Source: Tubiluchus corallicola (lineage: Eukaryota > Animalia > Priapulida). Taken from it: DNA of 64,000 bases. The notes under the pieces were generated by a model. That model had not been told where the DNA came from. It ran no database searches and was given only the letters and a program-made list of their open reading frames with translations. The stretch is taken from assembly GCA_030141605.1 (NCBI GenBank), contig JAQGDQ010002387.1:1-64000 (forward strand), written 5' to 3'. The translations under genes and the position numbers were made by a program. Below are positions 1 to 13,500 of the stretch, in pieces (position 1 is the stretch's first letter; each line of letters begins with the position of its first letter).

Positions 1-1
1 C

Positions 2-340
2 AATTCTGCAATTTCGCGCCTAAATAACTCGTTTAATTTACGTATTGGTTCATCTCACAATACCAGCTATTCAGACGCAGTTAAGAAACCTGGTCTTCTC
101 CCAACGCCAGTAATTAACGACCCACAGCGAACCTACTCCGTTTCGAACCGGAGAGAGCCATCTGAACGAAGCAGTTTGTACTACACAGAATCGGCTAAAG
201 CTCATTATCCTAATAAATGTTCTACAACACTGCCAAGCCAAAATGAACCGCTGCTGTTAACTCAGGAACCAGTTCTAAAATCCGAGATTGAAAACATACT
301 AACCAAAGCCTTTAAAGAGCTTATCTCCAAGTTCATATAG
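2..340 (+). CDS. C-terminal end of LINE ORF1 (partial)
   Basis: Frame open from the window start to TAG 338-340 (NSAISRLNNSFNLR...SYSDAVKKPGLLPTP...KELISKFI*), directly upstream of ORF2. Confidence 0.6.
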   Translation, partial: NSAISRLNNSFNLRIGSSHNTSYSDAVKKPGLLPTPVINDPQRTYSVSNRREPSERSSLYYTESAKAHYPNKCSTTLPSQNEPLLLTQEPVLKSEIENILTKAFKELISKFI

Positions 341-436
341 GCCTAGTATCGTTTAGCTTGGTTTTAGACATTACTCTGAACTTTAAAGCTAGTCTGCGTA
401 AACCTGTTATAAAACTCTTTTTTTTACTATTCTATT

Positions 437-3400
437 ATGATTTTAATGATGACACTGAATAACAGAAAATTTTTAGCACTGCTGCTAGTGAATTTTTACA
501 TAATATGGCAAAATAGGCCAATCCATCCTAACTCGTGTAAAGATTATAACGTAACAATTGTGTATACTAGTATTATAATAACAATTATCTCACCCACGTT
601 ATTACATAATAGGAAATATTTACTTCTTATAGTACTGTATTCTATACAAGCCCTTTTACTCGCAACCGATATTAGTATCCTTATGATCGTTCTAAAATTA
701 ATTTACCACGCATGTGTAACGTTCTACTGTGTAAGCTTGATACTATGCTGCCGTATTACTGCAAAAAAACTGCAAGTTAAAGTTATTTTATTTGTGTTAA
801 TAGGTACATTTTGGAAACCATACGAATTTACTTCTTGTATCATAGTTGATATTTCTAACGTATCTTATCATAAAATTACCAAATTTATTTGTGATTATGG
901 GAGCCTTTGTATATTTAACGCCAAATATCAAACAGTTAAGTTCTTTTATTGTAACTATGCTTACGTCTTAGTTATACTACGTACATTACTATACATACTA
1001 AAACTGAAAATGATCTACGTAACAGTAATTTGTAATGTAATGACTAAAGGTAATTTAAACAACTTTTTCATTGCTTTTCCTGTAAATAGCGATAGAATAA
1101 GACACTCTATGCAATTTATTTTAAAAAGATTTGTATCCATCTTAAAAGTTGTGTACCTCGGTGCTATAAGACAAATGCGTCATGTCAATCTAAAATACGT
1201 AGCACTAAAAAAATTGGAAAAATTACAGATTTCATCTAAATTTGAAAGCACTCTATACTCATGTTCTGAACTGGCTTACATTTTAACCATAATTCGTTTA
1301 CTACTTATACTTGGTGGTATCGAAACTAACCCTGGACCCATTTTGCCAAATAATAATAATAATAACACCAACAATAATAATACCAGTGATGAGCTAAAAG
1401 AATTCATGATTACTTATAAAAAGAACATCAAATTTCTAAATATAAATATTCAAAGTCTCGTCAAAAAACACTGGCTGCTGAAAGATACAATTCACGCCAC
1501 CGAAAATCTGATTGTAGGCATAACAGAAACTTGGCTACATAAACAAATACTTAGCAACACTATAGAATTACCTAATCACACATTAATAAGAAGAGATCGA
1601 TGTAAAAATAAGAAAGGTGGAGGGGTTGCGATGTATATACCTTCACACCTGAGACCACAAGAAATGAAAAGCATCAGAACCGGCAAGATTGAATCTGTTT
1701 GGTGCAGCATTGAGAACTATGTAATAGGAACTATATATAGACCACCCAATCTCAAACACAAAACATTTTTCAAATACTTTAGTGAAGAACTAGAACGCAG
1801 TGTTTTCGAAAATAAAAAGTTCTTATAATGGGCGATTTCAACCTTGATATTTTAGCTACAAACACACTGGCATACAAAACATACACCGAGCTCTTAAAAC
1901 AATATAATGTCCACATACTTAACAACAATAAACCTACTCGAATTTCTAAAACATCAGCCACAGTAATCGACCATTTCATTTCGAATAGTAACAATAATTT
2001 CGTAGCATATGATACTTTTCCGTGTGATTATTCAGATCATCATTTCATAATATTAGTAGATAAAATGACCCCACAGCATAATAATAACCAAAATTCAGTC
2101 TGGCATTTAATGAGAGACTACGCCCAATACAACAAACATTCATACTTAATCGACTTAGCAAAAATGAACTGGACCTCCGTATATATGACTGATAAAATAG
2201 ATACACAAGTTAATATTCTGACATATAATGTCGAATATTGCCTTAATGTACATGCACCATATAAAAACGTAAAGCAAATCCCACAACAAAGCAAACTCTA
2301 TAACGAAAGTACCTGGACAACACCTGAACTTGACAAACTAAGAATAGCGAAAAACAGAATGTATAATATATGGGAAAAGAACAAAACTAAAAACAATCAT
2401 AACAATTATAAAAAAAAAGAGAAATCAATTTAATAATCTTAATAAATGCTTGAAAAATAAACATATACAACAACAATGTAAAAACGCAACAAATACCAAA
2501 GAAAAATGGAAAATTATTAACAATGTAATAAATAAATGCCGTAACAAACTAATGCGTGTTGACGAAATTAAGATCAACAACACTGTTATTACAAAACCCA
2601 AAGATATTGCCAACGCGCTAAATGCAATATTCCTGAATCTTGGAAATTTTAAGGGAGTGGCTTCTCATATTAGCAATAATATAATTAATAAATTAAAAAA
2701 CAAATCGTCTAACACAGTATTCTCGTTCAAAAGCGTCACAGTAGGAGAAATTAACGACATATTAAATAACCTAAGTTCCAACAAAGGGAGTGGACCATCA
2801 GATATTCCTATCAAAATTCTAAAAGATAGCGCATCTGTAATAGCCCCGCATATGACTTACATTACTAATCAGATAATTATGAGAGGCGAATTTCCAACGG
2901 TATGTAAAATGGCAAACGTGACTCCAATCCATAAAAAAGATCCAAAATGTGATCCCATGAATTATCGCCCAATTTCCGTAATCCATTGTTTCGGTAAAGT
3001 TTGGGAAAGGGTAATTTATGATCAGATAAATTCATATGTAAATAAACATGAACTTTTATCAAAACATCAGTTTGGCTTCCGTAAACACCATTCAACCATT
3101 GACGCCCTAATACACACAACAGAAAATTGGAGACATAGTTTAGACAACAAGCACTACATTTTAGCAGCATTTTTGGATTTAAGTAAAGCTTTCGATAGCA
3201 TTAATCACGAACTACTTTACGATAATTTAAAACAAATCGGATTAGATTCGATATCGTTAAAACTGATACAAAATTATCTCAAAGATAGACAACAACGAGT
3301 AAAGTTAGATACAACCAACTTTTCTGACTGGGCCACGTTAAATAGAGGTATACCGCAAGGAACACTACTAGGTCCGTTATTATTTTGCCTATATATAAAC

Positions 3401-4400
3401 AACATATCCAGTGTATTAAAACACTCACAAATAACGCAATACGCTGATGACACTACAATCTACATAGCCCATGAAAATGTCCAAACTGCAAAAAATTATT
3501 TAGAAGAAGATATAAAAAAATATAAATATGGCATTTAGTCATTACAAGCTAAAAATGAATAATGACAAAACAGAATTCATGATACTGTCACCCTCATTAA
3601 ATACTAATGATGCATCATCAACCACTTTGACAATAGATAATGCTGTAATCAAACAAACTAACAATGTTAAATTCCTGGGCATACAAGTAGACAATAATCT
3701 TTCATGGGATGATCACTTTAATAACATATACACAAAAATGGCATCTAGCACATCATATCTCCGACAAGTTAAAGGGCAACTAACAAAGGACACTAAAACA
3801 CTAATATATAAAACTTTAGTTCTACCACACTTCTTATATGGATGTACGCTACTTCAAAAAACCAAAAGAGAAAATTACTTAAAATTAAATCTCCTTCAAA
3901 ACTATGCGTTGAGATTGATAGCTGGGTACTCATACAAACACAAGGCAGGTAGACAAAAATTCAAAGCTTCAACAACTAACCTGAGAAAAACTTTAAAATT
4001 CCCAATCATTGAAGCACACAAAGAATATTTTACTCTGCTTTTTATATTTAAATACATTAACAACATCAGCAAACCATTCCAGAATAACAGATTTACCTTT
4101 TTTCCAAATCCTATCGTTAATTCCAGAACATTCAATCTAAAACAAATTAGGACAAATACCCACTATGGAACGAACTCTGTAATCAAACAAGCAATTTTAC
4201 TTTGGAATTCTCTACCATTACAGGTTAAACAAATCAAGTCCCTATCAGCATTTAAAACAAAATTAAAATCACTAATATTAACCAGATATGAAATACCATC
4301 ACACCAGTACGACAACATACACACTAATTCCGAATTCATATACCCACGGCCATATTTATTAAATCATAGTTTTTTATTTTTTTTATTTTTTTGTGTATAG
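437..4400 (+). CDS. LINE ORF2: hydrophobic N-terminal extension, 2A-like motif, APE endonuclease and reverse transcriptase; split by three 1-nt frameshifts
   Basis: ORFs 437-1828, 1828-2433, 2450-3538 and 3528-4400 join into one ~1320-aa frame after single-base changes in A-runs at 1814-1818, 2410-2418 and 3514-3520. Confidence 0.85.
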
Positions 4401-6139
4401 TTGTAAATATGTTTGATTTTATTCGTCATTACTGCACAGTAGTTTAGATTGCACTGACGCATTTGCCTTCAGCAGTGTAAGTTTTTATTAACTAACACTG
4501 ATTGATTATCTCTATAAAGTTTTTATCAGTGATTATCAATGTTTTTAATGGCAAATAAATAATAAAACAAGAATGCACTCAGTAGAAAGCAGATCTCTGC
4601 CAAAGTCGAACAATGGTATTCTTATTCATCTGATTTTTTTGATTAAAAAATTTAATACAAAGATAAACAAACAAATATACAATAATGTACATGTGTTGGC
4701 ATTATATAGACTAGCAAAAGACTCACATATTTGTTCATTAAATGAATTTATAATCAATAATGCTCGAATGTTCCACATGGTGTTTCTCTACCTTTTCACC
4801 AATAATTTTGGGGGTAATAGACTGACAAATATATACGTATCAAGTCATTATAAATTATAGACAACGTTACACACTTTTACAAGCGTGAATTTCTAGAAAA
4901 GGAACTGGAACTAACACGCTGTTGTTTGTCATGGTAGAGGTAATAAAAAAAGAACTAAACACTCCCTCTGAGATCTCCATGAACGTTTCTTGTATGTAGT
5001 TTTGCTAATAAAAGAACTGGCGAAAAGATTCCCGTTTTGGCAGTCTTTCTCCACCAAATTTGCGCAATTTTCCCCTGTACTATTTGTACGTACATTCCAC
5101 AGGTGCCATAATACTTCATTACACAAAAATTCTGTTTTGTGGGCGGGGTGCATTGTGAATGGGTTAACAATTGAGGGAGCTAAAAATGCTTTTGCCTAGG
5201 CAGGGACATATTACGACGCTCTAGGCTGATAGTTCTGTCCTACCCATCTCTTTAATGTAATGAGCAGATTAAATAATTACTTGTAGTGTATTAGAAATAT
5301 TATTAACCTGGTTTCTACGTTGTCATTATTAACTGCATAGCGCTTACATTTAAGCAGGCTGCGCAACTGCTTGTTGTGTGATACCTTGCACCTTTTCGTT
5401 ATGTGAGATTTATATGTCACCTGAGCACAATAACTGCCTGTGGTGTGTTATAAAATTCGCCCTTTACATGAATAGGGAAGCATAGGCATTCTCCAAGAAG
5501 AATAGGTTTTTTCTAAAATTTGACGAACCTCAAACTTTAGCGCCCTAGGTTGTAGCCTAGTTAGCCTATTGGTTAAAGCGCCCCTGTGCCTATATGGCGT
5601 CCTATTACCCAGAGCTGACACTGCATAGATGTGTCTATCAATTTTTAACAGTGCATGGGCAAATATGTGAATCAAAACGCAGAGCAATAATGAGCAATTA
5701 AATAATAGTTATTATAATTTTACAGCCTAAAATGCACTAAAATTTGTAATGAACGAGACAGTTCTTCTTAATTGATCAAGGTTATAAAGTCTACAAAGGG
5801 TTATGCAAGTAACATAACATAACATAGTGCAATGCAATACAACAGAACACCATCACATTATACAACACATCTTAATTTATATGATCTAATAACGTGACGT
5901 AGTGTAACACAACGCTGTAAATTGTTCTGATATAATGTGCAATTTATATCTATTTATATCATTGAGATACTAATGTGACATAATTATGTCAGACTCTCTT
6001 GAATGCCAATTTTATTTAATTATATCACATTGTTGTGTTACTGCATCTAAACACTGTCTAAACGAGAAACGTTATATCCACATACTCTCACTCATTTTAT
6101 TTTTTTGTAAAAAATTTGTGTTACATTTACTGTACAGTT

Positions 6140-6785
6140 TGTAGCAATACCATAGTATGGTTTGTGTAGATCAAAGATCTCGGTGATTGCTTAGCAGTGT
6201 TCTGCATTCTAGACTGTCTTGCTGTCCTGATCTTCTTTTTCACTTCCTCAGTTTTATCACTAAGTGCAAGTTCTATATACAAGCTAAATTCTTCACGCCA
6301 TTTTTTCCATGCTTGTCACACATTGTGTGATTCGAAATTTAGTGCGTTAGGTGGTTTTAGCTGATTCGTGGTTCTCTATAAATTTGCCGTCCGAATAAAT
6401 ATTCAAAACAAACTAGTTCACTTCTGACACCATGTTAAACGCTACAATAATATTAGCAGCCAGACAAATGTGTGCATAATAAAGTAGTATTTATTAAGCT
6501 AATTAGGAACTTAAACAAAGAAGATCAGGACAGCAATACAGTCTATTATCATCATCATACGCCCGTCACGTCTATTGTAGACATTGGGCAGGCAGAATTC
6601 TAAAATAAAAGAAATCTGCCTTCAGACAGATAAACGCAGCAGTAATCCAGCAAAAAATCTAGACACTGCTACGCCAGTGGCTTGTCAGCACCACCTCCGA
6701 AAAAAGACAGTCTAGAATGCAGAACACTGCTAAGCAATCACTGAGATCTTTTATCTACATAAACCATATCTATGGTATCGTTACA
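6140..6785 (-). mobile_element. Gypsy-type LTR retrotransposon remnant: LTR (6785-6433), PBS, gag stub and an inverted partial second LTR (6140-6239)
   Basis: Minus strand reads TGTAACGATACC...AATAAA...TTTAACA, then PBS TGGTGTCAGAAGTG (6432-6419), then gag-like LKPPNALNFESHNV*QAWKKWREEFSLYIELAL. Flanks are CAGTT (6135-6139) and CAGTC (6786-6790). Confidence 0.75.
6546..6706 (-). mobile_element. Short retroposed insert nested inside the LTR
   Basis: Interrupts the LTR relative to its second copy. Flanked by the 8-bp duplication ACAGTCTA (6538-6545 and 6707-6714), with a (TCA)n run at the left end. Confidence 0.55.
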
Positions 6786-7093
6786 CAGTCCAAATTATTA
6801 TTTTATATAGATAGATAATGCTTAAATATTCCGAAATATCTGATCAAACAGTGCCATTAAACGGCCTAGTTTAGTCAGACCCTTACTTTACTTTAAACTT
6901 CACTTGACTACGTTTTCTGCGCATTTTTTAATTTTATTTTATGATCGGTAAGGAGTCACATGACTTGTATTTTGCTGTTTAAATCCTATCTTAAAATTAA
7001 CTTTTACTTGCTTAAAACAGCGATGTGATGTGCAGAACACTGCGCATTGTTCATCGCGTCTTAACATAACAACGTAACATAACATAACATAAT

Positions 7094-7210
7094 TGGATGA
7101 CTAGATGACCAATTGGTCTTTCGCTGCCCTTTCTTCACATTTTTGTTGCTAAATTAATTGTATTGTAACTGTGCGCGTTAAAAGATAAATAAAAGATTAT
7201 TATTATTATT
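7094..7210 (+). mobile_element. Short LINE 3'-end fragment with (ATT)n tail
   Basis: TAGATGACC..GGTCTTT hairpin, AATAAA and (ATT)n tail; near-TSD ATAACATAAT/ATAACTTAAT. A related hairpin lies on the minus strand at ~7815-7860. Confidence 0.5.
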
Positions 7211-7560
7211 ATAACTTAATGCAACATAACACAATATAACATACCATATATAATATACATTCAGATGTTGCTCAGTATTCTATTGCTGTAGCATTGCAGA
7301 GGGCCACGTTAAAACCTGTACTATAACTCAGTACTTAATTTTTAATTTCATGCCTATTTTCATTTTTACATTTATTACTCTCTGTACCCTAGCATTGAGT
7401 TTTAACAACTCTTCCGTTTCAATTGTTTTAACTTTTAAGACATCTAGCTTTATTCCTGGCTTCTCTAATGATTTCCCAAGCGATGGCGCGCAGGAAAAGT
7501 CGCTAAACCAAAAACACGGAGCGTCAAAATTATTTGAGTTAGAAGTGAATGAATGTTAGG

Positions 7561-10500
7561 ATGGCGGCGTCCAGTCCTCAAAAACCTTGGGAAACTGCGT
7601 ATCAAGGCATTTCAGGGCTTACACCGAGTACATTAACGTCTACGTTAGTATATTTTTATGTGCAACATTTACTAAAATTTGGTGCGTTGTGTCATTGGTT
7701 ACAGAAGGCGTAGCCGACTCGATAAGTCATTTATTTCACATTACATAGACATTTTATTTTTCTCCAATTTGCGTCACAAATTTTCGTTTTACAAAAAATA
7801 ACTTTTGTCTGTGGAGATGGGGCGAGGAAAGACCGTAGGTCATCTACTCACTCACCCCTTATAATTTAATGTCGATGACAGAAAAAGCATTGATGACACA
7901 GGATGCAAATAAACTAACAAAATAAAGCAATAACAAAAGCAGAATTATAAAAGCAAACATAACAACAATAGCATAAGCGAAAAAAAAGAATAAACAAACA
8001 GTGGTAAAAATAAAATGATGATGAAATTAATCACAATGCCGTAATTTATGTAGATTTCTCATATTAAACGAATTTACACGAAATATTAGATACACATTTA
8101 CAATAGTTTCATGTAGTAGTAGTAGTAGTAGTTAATCTCCAGTAGTTATAATATAACTTTTGAGACAAATAGTTCTTCGACTGTAATTGCGACAAATTGC
8201 ACATTTAATAGATTGTCATCAACACCTAGGTGACTCCACTGGCAAGTTTTCTCACTATAATATGTAATCCAGCATCCTTGTTATAGGCATGTTCCAATTA
8301 GCACGGTGATTAAATTTCAATGGATGATGTTCATAGTGTCTATCTAATTTTGATTTAAATAAATTTACAGATGTTGCTGTTCTCACATCACAGGGCAATC
8401 TATTCCAGATTTCTGGCATCGTACAAGAAAAATAGTCGTATTTACCAGTTTTGTGTGCAGTTCTTGATTTATGAAGAATAGGACCTGATCTTGCTGTACG
8501 ATGTACTTCTAATTTAACAGGACAATCATCACAGCTGTAAACTCCAGATACATATTTGTATACATCAATTAGTTGGCCACGTAAACGTCTAAAAGCTAAT
8601 GTAGTTAAACCTATTCGTTTTAACTGACTTTCATACGTCAAGTTCATTAGTTCCGGTAACATGTTGAAAGCTCTCATTTGGACAGTTTCGACTGGGTCCA
8701 CTATATATGCCCTAGGACTATTCCAAATACTACTTCCATACTCCACTTTTGATCGCACAAGTGCCACATATAGAAGCTTGAAAGTTTGCAGATCTAGGTA
8801 CTTGAAATTCCTCCTTATTAAAGCATTGTTTCGTTTGGCACTCTTTATGATTTCTGCTATGTGATCTTTAAAATTTAGTTTATTATCAAGTAATAATCCA
8901 AGGTCTTTCTCACAAGCACTAAAGTCCAATTCTGCCGGAATGCCACTTGCATCATACATTTTGTATTTATATTCATATCCTGCTCCCACAGATACAACCT
9001 TACACTTGTTGGGATGGAACTGCATACCATTTTCAACTGCCCAATCACAGAGCCCTTCTAGATCCAATTGAAGATCATTACAGCTGGTAAAAGAATCAGA
9101 TTCAGACCAGATTTTGCTGTCGTCGGCAAAAAGACGAAGAGAATTACTCACACAACTAGGCAAGTCATTTATAAATACCACAAATAAACACGGACCTAAT
9201 ACCGAACCTTGCGCTACACCACTAGTAATCAAGGACTCAGTCGATTTGCAACCATCAACACACGTACATTGACTTCTATTTTCTAAGAAGTTTACTATCC
9301 ACTGTAAAACTGAACCAGTTATACCACAATTTTTAAGTTTTGCAAACAGAAAGTGATGAGGTACAACATCAAACGCCTTTTTCAGGTCCAGTAGTATTAT
9401 ATCAAAAGGCTTATTAGCATCTTTTAACTCAAACCATGCATCGTAACATTGTAACAGTTGGGTAACCGTTGTTCTACCCTTAACAAACCCATGTTGTTCT
9501 TCACAAATAATGTTGTATCTTATCAGATGGTTCATTATATGTTTCCGCATGATTTTTTCTGTCACCTTATTAATTGTATTTAGTAAGCTAACTGGCCTGT
9601 AGTTCGATGGATCTGACTTGTCCCCTTTTTTATGAATGGGAGTAACCTGTGCCACCTTCCATTGTCCAGGTAACTGACAATCAGCAAAAGACCTATCCAG
9701 TAAGGTGTATATAGGCTTAAAAAGCACAGTTCTACATTCATTTAAAATACGTGGATGGTAACTATCTGGAGCGGATTTGTTTACATTGAGATTTTGTAAC
9801 TCATAAAGCACCTCTTCTTCAGTTATGGAAACATTGCTGATATCAGGATATTGTTGCACTGTAGTTACTTCATAGTCAGAAGCGTTGGGACTAAATACAC
9901 TAATGAAAAAATCGTTCAAAATTTGTGCCTTCTCCTCTGAATCAGAGACAAGAATACCTTGGGAATTCTTCAGTGAATGAATTCTAGACTTTGGCTTCCG
10001 AAGCGCATTGATATACTGCCAGAATGCCTTGGGATTACTCTTGCAATTACTTGCTAAAATACGTTCATATCTTTTTCTCGCAGTAGTTATAAGGTTTTTC
10101 ACCACATTACGCCTTGCAGCATACCGTTCATAAGAAAGTTTTGTTCTTCGTCTCTTCCAGTCAAAAAACAACTTTTCTTTCTCCTTAATACAGCCAAGCA
10201 ACTGCTTAGTTAACCAAGGAGGCCGAGGTCGACTACTCTTATTATAAAAACTTGGATAGAAACTAGGCACATATTCATCAACAACTGACATGTACACATT
10301 ATGAAATTTTGTCCACATATCATCAAGAGTAAGATTACTATTTAAAACATTAATCCAATCAACTTGGCTAAATGCATTACACATACTTTCATGTACAATA
10401 TATAGGCTTTTATAGTGAAAGGGCCTACAATGAACATAATACAAATAAGCTTCTTATTGTTTCTGCAAAAGAAAAGCCTCACACACTGTTCACCTATGTA

Positions 10501-13500
10501 CAAATGTGTTGTGGGCAATCAAAAAGCATGGCTTGTTAGATTGTCCCACACAGTGAAAGAAAAAAAGTAATAGAAATAATCAGGAAATTTAAAGTGAATC
10601 GTATGATAAAAAAACATTTAGTGCTTAAAATGGAATGATGTAATGAACGAAGCTCATATATAAGATGATATAAAAGATAGAAAGACTATTATTTATTAAT
10701 AGTATGTAAAATTAAGATAAGTTGAGTAAGATAACACCACTGTTTTGCCATTACTGTGAGGATGGATACTGATAGAAGTTTTGATTACTCACTGATACTT
10801 ACTTAAGTTTTTTATCATTGCATTTTAAGTTTCAGTTTGTAAACTATAGCAGCTATGGATGTTGACACAGGGTATAAGAGTATATGGATTCGTTTTTAAA
10901 TCTTCAGGAATTCCAGAATCCCTCATCCACATGGAAATAATGTCCGGAATTACAGCTCCACTACAACTGTTAGTGGATCAGGTGGGGGTGACCAGCAGCC
11001 TCCACCACTTCCAACTCGACCAGCTCAGCAAGTGAATAGGTATTCCGGTTTTACTCCATATGGTACTGGTTTGGGAGGCATGTACTCACCATACAGTACA
11101 GGGTATGACACATTCATTTTTGTTTATATTGGCAGTAAACGGCAAAGTATTATAATCAATTTTCATTGTGAAATTATTTTAACAATTATTAATTTTGTTT
11201 GTGGTTTTATACAGTTCGACTCACTGCAAGCCGCTATCCGTACTTACAACATTTACTTAATGTAGGTGGTTGTAGCAGTAACATAATAACGTAACAGAAC
11301 TCAACTCATTACAAAATAGTTACTCTTTCTCTTTATTTTGCACTATGGTTTTCAAACTGTGACAATAGTTTTTACATTCTCTGTTTGTGTCTATTTTTCA
11401 GACTTTATGGTGGTTATGGTGGATATTCAGGAATGTACAGCAATGGACTTTATGGTGGACCATATAATTCAGTTGGAGCTACTGACCAGAGTACCTTTGC
11501 CAGAGCAGCAGAGGAAAATTCGAGGTATCTATTTTCGCCATGTATTGAATTTATTTTTTCTTCATTCTCATTCGTACGAGTTGTTACTATGGTAATTTGA
11601 TAATGCCATGTTTTTACAACCTACCATAGAGCTTTAAAGCAATGCATGATGCGTATTAACTGTTTCCAACTAGATGCAGAGCAACATAATTATTGGCTTC
11701 TTCCAACATTCCAAAAAAAATGGAAGAAGTAGTAACCAAAACTCACCTAACCAGGAAGCCAATTAACGACACTGGTCAACAGAAACATGAAAACTCGCTT
11801 AATCGTCTAAGCAATGACTGTTTCCCATCTGCATGATATAGTGTTCACATTCATCTGAATACTTGTCATGCATCACACGTTATAGATTGTGCATTAAATA
11901 CATGTGGAAACACTTCCAATACACACAATGTGTATGCAAATACAAACTGTAGTATACGCTCTATGCATCATGGACCATGCATCACACATTTACTTGTACA
12001 TGGAGTGCGACCTTTATGCATATTGAAGAAGCAATCATGCAGAACAATAAAACCTTGGTTTTGTTAGGAAACTATTCTGCTTAACCTTGCTTGGCTCACT
12101 ATAACTTTGTTAGGCGAGTATGTTTTTATGTAAGTGGTAAAAATGAAATGATGAAGAAATAAAGTGAAATGCATTTGCCAAGACACAAAATTCTACGGAT
12201 GCCTTCCAATGGGAAAGCCTGTAGCATGAGAGTTAATGCCGCACCAGTTAATAGGCCTTTGTTTGTATCGGCGTTACATAATTGATAAGAGCTTGTCTAT
12301 TTCCAAGCTGTTTTATAGCGCTGTTTTGGTCACTTATTTCAAACTGCATAGAGATAAACTGTATTTTGTTTATTATGCAATCTGCCAAATAAGCTATGTA
12401 GAAAAGAGAGAAAAGAACAGCAGAATAAAGGATTATCGCACAAAACAAAAAAATATCAAAACAATGATCTGAAGAACAAACTGCTTTTGCATCATTTGGA
12501 TTTATATTTAGCTAAGGCGAAGCAAACCAAAGTGTTGAATTTTGATTTTTGAACTAGTTGTGGTATTGAATAAATTTCTAAGTAATGCATTCTGTTGTTA
12601 TAGGCAAGCATTTCAGTCTATAGAGTCAATTGTTCGAGCAGTTGGGTCTGTCAGTATGATGCTAGAATCGACTTTCAATGCCGTGTATAGTTCATTCCGA
12701 GCTGTTTTGGGTGTGGCTGACCACTTTTCCAGGTAGGTTATAATGGACAGCCATCAGTTGCCGATGTATGTTAGTTTTATTTGAAAATTTTTGCAGCATG
12801 CAATTTTGCAAAGGCCTACCTGAGTGTACCAAGTTTTACCCCGTCAGTGTTGTATGTCTAGTCCGCACAACTTGGTCAGGGTTTTTACTATGATGTCATT
12901 GCTTACAAACTTCTTGCCATAGTAATTGCTAAGGTGTTGTTGTTACTATGTAGTCGTTGCCAAGAAGCAGTGTCTAACCCAAAATTCTTTAAAGTTTTTG
13001 CACTATAGTAATCAAATTGTCTAAAGTTTTTACGTCAGTAACCAAATTTTCTAAAGTTTTGGCTCTAGTAACCAAATTTTTTAAGATTTTGCTCTAATAA
13101 CCAAATTTTCTATACTTAAAGCTTTTGCGCTAGTAACCAAATTTTCTAAAGTGCACTAGTAACTATAATGTGATATTTTAGAGAATGCAATTAAGAATTA
13201 ATAGAAAATCTTTAAATTTTATTTTCAAAAATTTTTGTGATTGGCCAATTGGTCAGATGCAACAGTGTGATTGGCTATCTCTGTAACTAAATAATGCTGT
13301 TTTAAATGCTATTTTCAGTGCAATAAATGCTTCTTGTTGATGTTCACGTGCACTGTTTTGAGGTATTATATAAACACATGATGTGATTTTGTTTCTTTAG
13401 GACACATAAATGTAAGAAAAGGGACATTTGACTGAATTTCAATTTCAAGATTCAGCTTTAGATGACAGTCATAAATTGCTTGTACAATATAGTTTGCAAA

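Larger units (their letters stand above)
1..4566 (+). mobile_element. CR1/L2-group non-LTR retrotransposon (LINE), near intact, 5' end outside the window
   Basis: ORF1 tail (2-340), then ORF2 pieces with APE endonuclease motifs (NINIQSL, GITETW, GGGV, IYRPP, GDFN, PTR, IDH, SDH) and RT motifs (NYRPIS, QFGFR, FLDLSKAFDSI, GIPQGTLLGP, YADD). Ends in an AATAAATAATAAAA-type tail at ~4553-4566. Confidence 0.95.

Noticed and set aside
11525-11535. GTATCTATTTT donor as a U12-type intron
   Set aside because: Deviates from GTATCCTT and no TCCTTAAC branch point is visible near the acceptor.
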